Shown here: positions 13,444-26,489 of the stretch, in pieces
Position numbering within the stretch: position 1 is the stretch's first letter
How the letters are laid out: each line of letters opens with the position of its first letter
Assembly (NCBI GenBank): GCA_951406725.2
Contig: OX597829.1
Coordinates: forward strand, 50,220,001 to 50,284,000
DNA length: 64,000 bases
Direction of reading: 5' to 3'
From: Octopus vulgaris
Lineage: Eukaryota
The notes under the pieces: generated by a model
Database searches by the model: none
Told to the model about the DNA's origin: nothing
The model's input: the letters and a program-made list of their open reading frames with translations, nothing else
Program-made: the position numbers and the translations under genes

Positions 13444-15794
13444 CTAAAGAAAAAGATATACAATAATAATAATAATAATAATGATAATAATAAATATATA
13501 AAATAACAGTTCTCACTTGTTACTGTCACACTGACTTTATGGTTTACAAAGAGAGAGAAAAATATAAGAAAAACGTAATTATCATTTAATCCTGGTTTCC
13601 CCACCCCATTGCAAAAAGGAAATGAATGTAAAAAAAAAAAAAATCCAATTATAACTTTCTTTTTCTTCATCCTGAAAATAAAGAAAGAAAATGTGGGTGG
13701 ATGATAAACGGAAAAAAAGAAAGAAAAAAAAAAAGATAAAGCAAATCTGGAATTGTCGTTCTTTACAAACTGAAGAGCAAATAAGTGTCAGTTACTCGAA
13801 CGAGACGAATAGGGAATAATTTTGTTCAGCTAACTGATCCGATTGTAAACAGAGGAAGCCATATAATCCCGAGTGCTCGAGATCTTGTTTGAATAATCAG
13901 AAATTTTGATAATTAGGTAATAGGTGCTTGCATAACCAAAACTTGTCTGTGTGTATATAGATGTATATATAAATATGTACATGTGTGTGTGTGTGCGCAT
14001 GTGTATAGATGGAGATGAGTACCAATATCTCAATGAAGCAGGGTTGATAATTGCTGGGAATTCTCAGCATGAAACCAATGGTAGCCTTGTCTGTCCAATA
14101 TATGTCTTGTTTTGAATATCATTTCATTTGTATATTGCTTATTTATTTCATATTTGTATGTTCACTTTCTGTCATGTTTGGTCTCTTGTTCATAGGCTCA
14201 CTATTTCCCAGTGGCTTCTCATCACCAACACCACCAAAGAGGAGCAATATTAGCGTTAAAGGTGTGAAATTGCTGAGATCCTTTGGCTGATAACTGATGA
14301 GGATTTGGCAACTTTCTGTGTGTCTGTTTTCCATTTGTTTGTGCTTATATATATATTGTCTTTTAACTTATTATTTAACGGAAAGCTACACATTGTCTTT
14401 CATTTTGTTTACACTAAGTGAATTTATAAATATATATTATTTTTTTGTGGAATGGTGAAATTCGAAACACACATAAAGCTATAAATAACAGTGTGTGAAT
14501 GACCCCTTAGAGACCATTTTCCGTCCGTCCATCCATCCCTGAATGCGTGTGTGCGTGCGTGCATGCATACATACATACATCATCATCATCATCATCATCA
14601 TTTAGCGTCCGTTTTCCATGCTAGCATGGGTTGGACGGTTTAACTGGGGTCTGTGAAGCCGGAAGGCTTCATCAGGCCCAGTCAGATTTGGCAGTGTTTC
14701 TACGGCTGGATGCCCTTCCTAACGCCAACCACTCCATGAGTGTAGTGGGTGCTTTTTACGTGCCACCTGCATATTATACATACATACATATCATATTAAG
14801 AGGTAGGACATAATATCCAGGCAGATACCGAATTGCTCTGAGTAAAAAGCCAAGGGTGGTTCTCTCAGATCATGCATTTTATGGTAAATTTCCTTTAACT
14901 CCCATCTGGTGTTACAGTTTTTCCTGGTTACTTAGAGTGTAAAGTACAATATTGATAACAAGGAGAATGAAGAATTTGAACATTCAAACGTAATGTTTAT
15001 TTACAGTTGGTTTATTCATAATAATATTCTGACACGTGTTTTGAACCACATTAATTGCATATTGTTGCATATTTATATGCACTGATTTATGCATTATAAG
15101 TATGATCTCTTCAGGGTGTATAGATATGACATTGTTCGAAGAGAATTTTCAAACTAATAATGCAAGAAAATTCCTCTTCGAAAAAATTTCATGTTTATAC
15201 ACCCTGAAGCAATCGTACTAATAATGCATAAATTGCTGCATATAAATATGCAACAATGAACGCAATTGAAACACATGTTGGACAATTATCATGAATAAAC
15301 CAACTATAAATAAACAATGTTTGAATGTTTAAATTCTTCATTCTCCTTATTATCAATATCATATATATCATCATCATCATCATATATATATATATATACT
15401 CTGATGAAGGGGATTTTTCCTTGTGTAGTTTGTCTTGTACACTGTTTTTCTGTTGTAAAAATATTGGTTTGTTCCATGCTTGTTTTTTCCGTTTTCGTTT
15501 CTCGTTGCGTTCTACGTCTAGTTGTGGTGTCCTGTACTCATGTATATATATTTATATATGCATGTATATATACATGTAGATGTAGTTACGTATATATATG
15601 TTTGTATGTATGCATATATTTTATTTATTACACTATATATATATATATATCTGTGTATCTTTCTGTTGAAGAGCGTAGGCTCGAAATGTAAAAGACTTGT
15701 TTTATTTATATTCCTGAGTGCCATACTAATACAATTGTTTGTTTGTACTCCACCTGCCTTCGTCTTTTGTTTATTTTCATAAAGCTTCCCGTTA

Positions 15795-17142
15795 TATCAT
15801 CATCATCATTTAGCGTCCGTTTTCCATGCTAGCATGGGTTGGACGGTTCAACTGGGGTCTGGGGAGCCCGAAGGCTGCACCAGGCCAGTCAGATCTGGCA
15901 GTGTTTCTACAGCTGGATGCCCTTCCTAACGCCAACCACTCCGAGAGTGTAGTGGGTGATTTTATGTGCCACCGACACAGGTGCCAGACGAGGCTGGCAG
16001 ACGGCCACGCTCGGATGGTGTTTTTATGTGCCACCGACACAGGTGCCAGATGAGGCTGGCGGACGGCCACGATCGGATGGTGTTTGTTACGTCCCCAAAG
16101 CACGGAGGCCAGTCTATGCGGTACTGGCTACGGCCACGTTCGGATGATTTTCTTGTGTGCCACCGGCACTGGTCCACAAAGATACAAATTCCATTGATGT
16201 TCATCTATTTTGATTTGTTTTGATTTGATTTGATTTTCACTTGCCTCAACAGGTCTTCACAAGTGTCACAAGAAGGAAGGTATGCACAGGTGGACTGACT
16301 ACGTCCCAGGTAGGGGCCACGGGTTATGGCCTGACTAGTCTTGCCGGGTCTTCGGATGGTGTTTTTATGTGCCACCGACACAGGTGCCAGATGAGGCTGG
16401 CGAACGGCCACGATCGGATGGTGTTTGTTGCGTGCCCACAGCACGGAGGCCAGTCGATGCGGTACTGGCTACGGCCACGTTCGGATGGTTTTCTTGTGTG
16501 CCACTGGCACTGGTACCACAAGATACAAATTCCATTGATGTTCATATATTTTGATTTGATTTGATTTGATTTTCACTTGCCTCAACAGGTCTTCACAAGT
16601 GTCACAAGAAGGAAGGAAGGTATGCACAGGTGGACTGACTACGTCCCAAGTAGGGGCCATGGGTTATGGCCTGACTAGTCTTGCCGGGTCTTCGGTTGGT
16701 GTTTTTATGTGCCACCGACACAGGTGCCAGATGAGGCTGGCGGACGGCCACGATCGGATGGTGTTTGTTATGTGCCCACATCACAGAGGCCAGTCGATGC
16801 GGTACTGGCTACGGCCACGTTCGGATGGTTTTCTTGTGTGCCACCGGTACTGGTACCACAAAGATACAAATTCCATTGATGTTCATCTATTTTGATTTGG
16901 TTTGATTTGATTTGATTTGATTTTGATTTTCACTTGCCTCAACAGGTCTTCACAAGTGTCATAAGTAGGAAGGTATGCACAGGTGGACTGACTACGTCGC
17001 CGGGTCTTCGGATGGTGTTTTTATGTGCCACCGACACAGGTGCCAGATGAGGCTGGCGAATGGCCACGATCGGATGGTTTTCTTGTGTACCACCGGTACT
17101 GGAACCACAAAGATACAAATTCCATTGATGTTCATCTATTTT
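15795..17142 (-). repeat. Tandem array of RTE 3' ends (about 340-bp unit, about 4 copies)
   Basis: Recurrent tttcacttgcctcaacaggtcttcacaagtgtca at about 16236, 16571 and 16929, with the KTRQD* stop region repeated. Confidence 0.88.
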
Positions 17143-19424
17143 GATATATATATATATATATATATACATAATATTAGGGAGTATAACTCCAAACTTACAG
17201 GGAAAAATTCAATTTAGTATTAAATCAAATTTCACAATATAAATATATAATATATATATAAATTAGAGAAAAACCACTATTATGTAATTCAAAAAATGAT
17301 AGACATAAACCAAATCATAAAGAAAAAATAAAATATATTATAAAATATATAACTAGATCACAAAAAGTACCAAAAAAATGAATAAACAATATAAGTAATA
17401 AGTAATTGTTTATTCATTTTTTGTACTTTTTGTGATCTAGTTATATATTTTATATGTTTTCTTTGATTTGGTTTATATCTATCATTGTTTGAAGTACATA
17501 ATAGTGGGTTTTCCTCTAATTTATATATATATATTTAAATATAATAGTGTATGAAATATACACGGAGAGAAAACCACAATGTGGATTTCTTACATGCTAA
17601 AAATGGCAGTCAAAGCCCAAAACCACAAAAAATCATTCTTATATTAAAACACATTGTTTGTACACGAGCAAGATACTTCAGTGCGTATGTGTTTTACTTT
17701 GTGTTTTCGGTACGTATTTTAGTGTCATATTTATACATTTTACAGCGATCTTACTGACAAGCTATGGCTGACCAATTAATCAGTTAATTAACTTATTAGT
17801 TAATTTACTGGTGGTACGTAAAAAGCACTATCCGAATCGTGGCCGATGCCAGCGCCACCTCGACTGGCTTCCGTGCCGGTGGCACGTAAAATGCACCAAT
17901 CCGACCGTGGCCGTTTGCCAGCCTCACCTGGCACCTGTGCAGGTGGCACGTAAAAAGCACCCACTACACTCACGGAGTGGTTGGCGTTAGGAAGGGCATC
18001 CAGCCGTAGAAACATTGCCAGATAAGACTGGAGCCTGGTGCAGCCTTCTGGCTTCCCAGATCCCCGGTCGAACCATCCAACCCATGCTAGCATGGAGAAC
18101 GGACGTTAAACAATGATGATGATGATTTGGTCCTTAATGGTGAAACTCATGGGTATAAGGCTAACTGAAATTTTTATTCACTCAAAAGTCTTGCTCATGT
18201 ACAAGTAACATGCTTTAATGTAAGAATGTTTTTTTGTGTGGTTTGGGGCTTTGACTGCCATTTTTAGCATGTAAGAACTCCAAATGGTGATTTTTCTCTT
18301 CGTGTATGTGTATGTGTGCATGAGTGTGTATATGTATATGTGTGTATATGTATATATGTGTATATGCATATATATATATATATGTGTGTATATACCTGTT
18401 TTCCTCACATACTGTTTATATCGAAAAATATTTATGTCTTCTGACTTTTATTATGCATACTAAACACTGGTATAAAATATTTAATAATTTTTACCCTTGT
18501 ATTTATAAAGTTATATATATCGCCACCTCGACGGGCCTCTGTGCCGGTGGCACGTAAAAAGCACCATCCGATCGTGGCCGTTTGCCAGCCTCGTCTGGCA
18601 ACTTTGCCGGTGGCACGTAAAAAGCACCCACTACACTCACAGAGTGGTTGGAGTTAGGAAGGGCATCCAGCCATAGAAACATTGCCAGATCAGACTGGGC
18701 CTGGTGCAGCCTTCTGGCTTCCCAGACCCCAGTTAAACCGTCTAACCCATGCTAGCATGGAAAGCGGACGCTAAATGATGATGATGATGATGATGATGAT
18801 GATATAAGCAAAACATTCAAACATTGAGATTTGAAATCAGATGTCACTACTGTTTATATCATCTGGGGATAAATTGTAAAATTGATGATATCACCAGCAG
18901 TGACATGGATGGATCGCAGGAGAAATAGCATTAAATAGCAGAGAAAAATAACAGAGAAAAACAGTATGCGAGGAAAACAGATACATACACACATATATAT
19001 ATATATATATATACAGATACACATATATATTGTGGGAAATAGTTGAGATGGTAAACATTTTTAATTTTCATTCCCTTCGTGAATTTATCCTTTTTTGTGG
19101 TCTTGAGATTTCTACTGCTCTTTCTAGCACAATGCTTTCCTGTTTAGAAGCCTCTTATTGAATTTCTATACACATATATATATACATAAATATACACATA
19201 TCTACATATACACACTCATGCACACATACACACTCATCTACATACACCAATACACACATATCAATCAATCAAACACCAGCATAAATGGATTTTCACAATC
19301 AATTCTTAAAATTTGTTTTTTGTATTTACACAAGTACTTTCATGGACTTTGTAACAACCATCACTGAGCATTTTTATATAGTAACTGTTGCCTCTAGCTA
19401 AGTATATACATAGCAACTAACTCT

Positions 19425-19848
19425 CTTACTCTTTTTACTCTTTTACTTGTTTCAGTCATTCGACTGCGGCCATGCTGGAGCACTGCCTTTAGTCGAGCAA
19501 CTCGACCCCGGGACTTATTCTTTTTGTAAGCTCAGTACTTATTCTATCGATCTCTTTTTGCCAAACTGCTAAGTGACGGGGATGTAAACACACCAGCATC
19601 GGTTGTCAAGCAATGCTAGGGGAACAAACACAGACACACAAACACACACACATACATACATATATATATATATATACATATATACGACAGGCTTCTTTCA
19701 GTTTCCGTCTACCAAATCCACTCACAAGGCATTGGTCGGCCCGGGGGCTATAGCAGAAGACACTTGCCCAAGATGCCACGCAGTGGGACTGAACCCACAA
19801 CCATGCGGTTGGTTAGCAAGCTATTTACCACACAGCCACTCCTGCGCC
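19425..19848 (-). mobile_element. tRNA-derived SINE family A (internal CA/TA microsatellite, GTAAAAGA-type tail)
   Basis: A/B-box-like tggctgtgtggt...ggttcagtccc. Other copies at about 20080-20482(-), 27615-27995(+), 43975-44335(-), 52770-53160(+), 54428-54780(-) and 61065-61680(+). Confidence 0.85.
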
Positions 19849-20639
19849 TAACTCTAGATGAATACTTAAATGAATATTAACTTAAAATACCTGGCAACAG
19901 TGACAACAACTAAATACTATCATTAAATAGCTACAGAAAAATAACATTTACAGCATTACAGTAATACCTTGCCTTATTGCAGTTCACCTATCGTGGTTCA
20001 CCTTTCACAGTTCGTTATATTTAGGCTTACAACGATTCTTCTCTGGTGTTGCTTTGCATTTATAATAAATTAAATCTTTTTTTTTCTTTTTTTACTTGTT
20101 TCAGTCATTTGACTGCGGCTATGCTGGAGCACCGCCTTTTAGTCGAGCAAACCAACCCTGGAACTTATTCTTTTTTAAGCCCAGTACTTATTCTATCGGT
20201 CTCTTTTGCCGAACCGCTAAGTAACAGGGATGTAAACACACCAGCATCGGTTGTCAAGCAATGCTAGGGGGACAAACACAGACACACAAACACATGCACA
20301 CATATATATATATATACATATATACGACGGGCTTCTTTCAGTTTCCATCTACCAAATCCACTCACAAGGCTTTGATCAGCCCGGGGCTATAGCAGAAGAC
20401 ACTTGCCCAAGATGCCACGCAGTGGGACTGAACCCGGAACCATGTGGTTGGTAAGCAAGCTACTTACCACACAGCCACTCCAGTGTACAAGTTATAATTA
20501 AAAACCAAAACAAATAAAGTACTGTTTCTACTTCCAGATTTTCACCAATCACAGGGGGTTTTGGAACATGACACCCTTATTAGTTGAGAGATTACTGTAC
20601 TCCTTTCTTTCTAGTGAATGTAATTTCCAAATTAAAATC

Positions 20640-23455
20640 AAATTCAGTGCAGCATTCCTATCCATTCGAAACTGGTTTCAACTTTTCAATAAAACTCTTT
20701 TATTTTACTCTTCAAATAACTTCATTTGAGTTATAAAGCTTATAAAGTGGAAATCCTAAGAAATTTTTATTGCAGTGTGTTTTTAAATGGGTACCGAAAG
20801 GGATATGTCAGACCTGAAGTACCATAATCTGCTGCTGGTGTATTTCTATGTGTTCTGAGAGTAAATTTCCTTTCATCATCATCATCATCATCATTTAACG
20901 TCCGTTTTCCGCACTAGCACGGGTTGGACGGTTCGACCTGGGTCTGGGAAGCCAGGGGCTGCCCAGGCTCCAGTCTGATCTGGCAGTGTTTCTACAGCTG
21001 GATGCCCTTCCTAACACCAACCACTCCACGAGTGTAGTGGGTGCTTTTTATGTGCCACCGGCACAGGTGCCAGGGGAGTCTGGCATCAGCCACGATCGGT
21101 TGGTGCTTTTAACGTGCCAAGGCGGCGCTGGCATTGGCCCAGCGCTGGCTTCTGATGAATATATATTTTTTCACAAGTCAAGCATTTAATACTGTACATT
21201 AGGTTTCTGCTCTGAGGTTCATATTTACATGTGTTAATATTTGTCCTTCAGTTTAAGCGTTGATATAATGATCAACATATTTAAATTGACTGGCACCAAA
21301 ACATTTGTCATTGCACTTAGATATCATGAAATTTTTGTTACTGTTGTTTAGATCGAATTTTTGCTTTGTCAACTTTTGTTTTGAGTTTTTGCCATCGGCT
21401 TTGAACAAGCTGGTAATTAAATTCTTTAATTTATCATTTTGATAATTTGGTAACATTAAATGTATTACTGTTCTGTGAATTTGGGTTATTACAAAAAGTA
21501 ATAAATCTTGGTTCTAAGTTCTTTTTTTTGGGGGGGTCACTCTGAGTTATTCATGGTATTGATTGCATAATCAATACCATTTTGTATAAGTAAGAGAAGG
21601 TATTTTTGCTTCTTTCTTTTATTTCTTTTATATGTTTCAGTCGTGAAACATGAGTTGTAGCCATGCTGGAGCACAAAGTAGAAACCTCTTGACTTCTGTG
21701 GGTCAGTCTTCTCTAAAATTCCATCATCTACAATAAAATCTCCTGGCTAGACAGGATGCTACATTTTGCATATACTAGGTGGCATAATTTGAAGCTCCAA
21801 CATGTGTCTGTTTTTTGGTTGTTTTTATTTTATAATAATGTATATCTATTGTGATATTGATGAAACTTTTAATTACCTTTTTGTTAAGAAGTGGTAATTT
21901 TGAAGCACTCATCTCTTTTATAAATTTTGTAGTGACGCTATTTTGGAAGTCTTCAGCACGCATGTGCAGAGTTGGATTACTTCCGGTAGGCCACCGGAAG
22001 TTCCCTCATGTGCATGCGCAGAGAACTACCAACAGAAAGATTTCCTGCTGGATCTGTCTTTTTCGAAGCAGCAGCCGAATTGAGTGGACACGACTCAAGG
22101 TTCTCTCAAGCAAGCCAACACATAGAGAAGCTCCTTCTATGCTGGAATGAGACAGCATTTGGCTCACACAAGTTAACTAATGTGACTAGTTTTGCCCTGA
22201 AGGAAATATATGTATATATATCATTTGCGAATCCAGAAAAATAAATATTTATTGCTGTTGAAGATATTCGAAGTCTTGGTTTTCCTTCCGACAAATAATT
22301 TAATGTAACAGCATAAGGCCAGCACCCCTCAAGTGTTCCAGAGACCTTCATCCTTGTTACAATTTCAAGGCTTGCAATAAATTGTGCACATGGACGCTGA
22401 AACATCTACAAATTTTGTCCAAATTAGAAAACAGCCAGAAAGAAAATCTTTCCATGTGCCCTCAATATATCTCCTAAATTTAGTCACAGTTTTCCATTAC
22501 ATTTTGATATAGTTTTGTTCCAAGTTTCCCATTACTGGGGTTGCCTATTCTAGATCAAATTTGGTTCCCATGGCAGCATCTCTAATTTGTAGATAATTTT
22601 CCTTACTGAAAAAAAAAAGTATTGTTCTCAAGAAAAAGGCCGATACTATCTAATATAAAGTCTATGGTGAATCTACTCAGAATCACTGCATGTATTTTGG
22701 CACAATATTTGATTACTGTAATTCTTAAATCATGTGGAATATTCAAGTAGAGGCCTACTACATCAAAATGAACCAACAACAAATATGTTCCTGTTATTTT
22801 GGATAATTGCAACAGGAAATCAATGTCATGCCTAATAAAACCTTCTCAAACCACCATGGTTATAGCAATTTTACATATTCACCACCTACTTCTTTCACTG
22901 CATTATTAATTTCCTTGACCAATGTATTCTCTGTAAGCCATATTAGTTGCCAGGCTTTAGTTCAATATTGATAAGGCAATCTTTTTTCCTCAGCAGTAAA
23001 TGAATTATGATGATTTAAAACCAATTTTGCTGAGCTGCTTCACAATACAATGATGTATATTTGCAGCCATTTCTAAATAAAAGGTTATATTTCCCAGTTG
23101 ATCCTCAGCTAAATGTTGATAACATTCATCACTTAATATGTCAAAAGCACCATTTTTAGAAGCATGGCTGGTGACTTTTGTTTCATCGTTTTGGAATTGT
23201 TAAAGGTGCAACCTTCTCTGATTTGATAATATTTTGTCGAACATAAGTATTCTGCTTAATTTGGAGGTTTGCAAAGCATATCAATATATTGGTGTGGAGG
23301 AATATTTCTTGTTTCTGGTGGGGTATATTTTGATTCATTCCTAACCAGATATTCATCAGACTCACTATTTTCATCGACAAAAATCTCAAACCAATCATAG
23401 TTTATAACATAATTTGTAGATATCCTCCTCTAGTTCTTGATAGTTGTCTGTTGGA
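20640..23455 (-). mobile_element. Decayed Penelope-like element (RT plus GIY-YIG region) interrupted by younger insertions
   Basis: FDVVGLYLNIPHDL, ENNTFFF, YLQIRDAAMGTKF, WKDFLSGCFLIWTK, KLPLL...ITIDIHY, LTKQKF...ISKCNDKC; C-terminal FPLYKL...FIEKLKP. Confidence 0.8.
21954..22399. mobile_element. MITE-like insertion inside the Penelope RT
   Basis: Imperfect terminal inverted repeats CAGCnnnCATGTGCA; splits the RT between WTKFVD and TKFIKEMS. No clear TSD. Confidence 0.5.
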
Positions 23456-23459
23456 ATAG

Positions 23460-24710
23460 TCATCATCATCATCATCATTTCATCACCATCATTTAACGTC
23501 TGTTTTCCATTCTGGCATGGGTTGGACGGTTTGACTGAAAACTGGTAAGCCGGGGATCTGCACCAGGTTTCTACAGCTGGATGCCCTTCCTAACACCAAC
23601 CACTCCAAGTGTGTAGTGGGTGTTTTTCACATGCCGCCAGCATCGGTGCCATTTATCGGACATTGATATCAGCCATGACTACGGTCTCACTTGGCTTGAC
23701 AGGTCTACATAAGAATGGTATATCACCAAAGATCTTGGTTACCTGTCATTGCCTCCATGAGGCCCAACACTTGAACATTGCTTTTCACATGCCACCAGCA
23801 TGGGTGCCAGTCAGACAACATTGGCATCAGCCACGACTACAATTTCATTTGGCCTGACAGGTCTTCACAAACAGCATATCATCCAATGTTTGAAGGGTGC
23901 TTTTAAAGGGCCAGTTATGTGATAATGGCATTGGCCATGACTATGATCTCACATGGCTTGATGTGTCTTCTCAAACATGGCATATCACCAAGGGTCTCAG
24001 TCACCTGTGGTGTAAATGAGGTTCAAAGAACAAGGAACAAAATTGTATCAGACACAAGGCACAAAATTTATGGCACATGGCATGAGGAACAAAATTTATA
24101 GCACATGGCATGAGATACAAGATATGAAATTTATGATACATGGCACAAGGAACAAAATTTGAGGTATATGGCACAAAGCATAAACCTCCATGAGGCCCAA
24201 CATTCACCACTTTGTCCCATATCTTCTTGGGTCTACCTCTTCCACAGGTTTTCTCCACTGTTAGAGTGCAACACTTCTTCACACAGCTGTCCTCATCCAT
24301 ACACATCACATGACCATACCAATGCAGTCGTCTCTTTTGCAAACCACATCTGATGCTTCTTATGTCCAACCTTTCTGTCAAGATGCTTACGCTCTGTTGC
24401 ACATGCACACTGACATTACACATCCAGCCTACACATGTCCTCTGCAGTTACAGCACATGTTTCACTGCCATGTAGCATGGCTCTTCACACACAGGTATCA
24501 TACAGTCTGCCTTTCAATGAGCGAGAGGCCCTTTGTTACCAGCAGAGTGAGGAGCTCTCTAAACTTTGCCTAGTCTAATCATATTTTAGCAGCTATGCTC
24601 TCAGAGCATCCACCCCTACTACTAACCTGTTTACCTGGGTAATGGAAGCTATCAACTACTTCTAGTCCCCCCACCCCACCCTGGCATGCGATGGAATCTA
24701 TTTTCTGTAC
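23460..24710 (-). mobile_element. Old RTE LINE 3' portion
   Basis: MCNVSVHVQQSVSILTERLDIRSIRCGLQKRRLHWYGHV...GRGRPKKIWD, plus 3' UTR modules and (CAT)n. Confidence 0.85.
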
Positions 24711-26263
24711 ATGGTTAGAGTCATAAATTTTAACTAACTAGGGATAATTATATGAAAAAGAAAAGTTAATAATATATTAGTTAAAGACCAATATTGTTTT
24801 CTAAACAATTCTAACTTTCCAAGCTAATCAGTGGTTATACTTTTATATTTACATACTGACCCATCCATCATTTCTGCTGCTCTACCCTATATCTCTTTCT
24901 CACATTCACCTTGTAGCTTGGCCACATCTTTCTCTCTCACACTCACTCAATCTCTCACTCTCTCTCGCCCTCTCCTTTCAGACGAAGAAGCCTATAAGTC
25001 ACCCCTTCAGCAAGACATCTGTTCCTGACCTTCTATACATATTTCTTATCCCTCAATTCTTTACCCCATTCATCAGTTGATGGATTTTGTCATGCTGGTA
25101 CCTGGTGACCTTACCAGTGCTGATGCTGTGGAAAAAATTACTCAGTACACTCTCTAGAGTGGTTGGCATTAGGAAGGGCATTCAGTTGTACATACCATTA
25201 CAAGTTAGACATTGGAGCTTGGTACAGTGTCATGGGTTGGGTGGCTTGTCAATGCATGTAGAACCATTCAGCCCATACCAGTATGACGATGATGACAATA
25301 ATGGTGGTGATGACAACGACGACAACGATGATGGTGGAGGTGATGATGATGGTGATGATGATGATGACGATTCCTTTAGCACTACTTAGGTAAATATGCT
25401 GGAGTCTGTTAAGCTGATACGGTAATAACAAAACTGAAACATCTCCAAAGTTGTTGCCCATTCTTGCAAAGAAAATAAATTTATAGAAAGAATATTTGTT
25501 ACATAATTAACTGAAATATCTCCAAAGTTGTTGCTCATTCTTGCAAAGAAAAAAAATTTATAGAAAGAATATTTGTTACATAATTAAAACATGGAGATAA
25601 TGAGTTTAAGTTCACCTGCAAGTGAATTTTGATGTGTTTCTACTTAGAAATCTTTATTCTACATTGCATCAGCTTAGCTAATCAGTTCCAGAGATCATTT
25701 GGAAGCAACTTTAGCCTCAAACCTGAACATAATAGATTTTAGCTTATTTTTACCATTGAATGTGGAATTCAACTTCTGGTTTTGAATTACATGTAATGGT
25801 TGCATATCGTATCCAATATTACATTAATCATGCACCTCGTAAACTTTGTCTAGGAGACTTTTTTTTCCTAAGCATACAATTTACATATAACAGATAAATC
25901 TCCATCATCATCGTTATCATCATCATCATTGTCATCATCACCATTATCATTATCATTTAGCGTCTGCTTTCTATGCTGGCATGGTTTGGACTGTTTGACT
26001 GAAACTGGTAAGCTGGAGAGGTGTACCAGGTTCCAATTTGATTTTGCATGGTTTCTATTGCTGGTTGTCCTTCCTAATGCCAACCACTCCAAAAGTGCAA
26101 TAGGTACTCTTTATGTGCCACTGGCACAGGTACCACTTACATAGCACCAGCATTGGCCACAACTATGATTTCATTTGCCTTGACAGGTCTTCACAAGCAT
26201 GGCATAAGGCCAAAGGTCTTGGTCACTTGTCATTGCCTTAGAGGAAATAATAAAACTACTCAC

Positions 26264-26422
26264 TGCATGAACTTGATCTTCAAGACCCCTCTTTATTGGA
26301 AGAATTAATGCCCTTAGAATTGTTCGGGCATCCTCATTGATGGCATGCTGCCTGATTTGCTGTGATAAACTTTCCAGAGCTTCTTCACGATGAGCATAAC
26401 TTTTTGAGTAAGTTTTAGATAC
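26264..26422 (-). CDS. CEP104: CEP104 TOG-domain exon: VSKTYSKSYAHREEALESLSQQIRQHAINEDARTILRALILPIKRGLEDQVHA
   Basis: Acceptor ctttgatttcag, donor gtgagt; 159 nt, phase 0-0. Matches VAEAYCKTWSYREDAL...LRASVFLVRRAIKDIVTS. Confidence 0.92.
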
Positions 26423-26489
26423 CTGAAATCAAAGCAGAAAATAATAGAATACAAATTTCTATTGGCAAGAAAATAAGCACTGAGTATAA

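Noticed and set aside
14294-14330. CTGATGAG hammerhead-like start
   Set aside because: No suitably placed GAAA or stem III downstream.
15960-17100. Repeat-spacer-like periodicity in GC-rich modules
   Set aside because: The intervening segments are homologous to each other and to the RTE 3' UTR, so this is not CRISPR.
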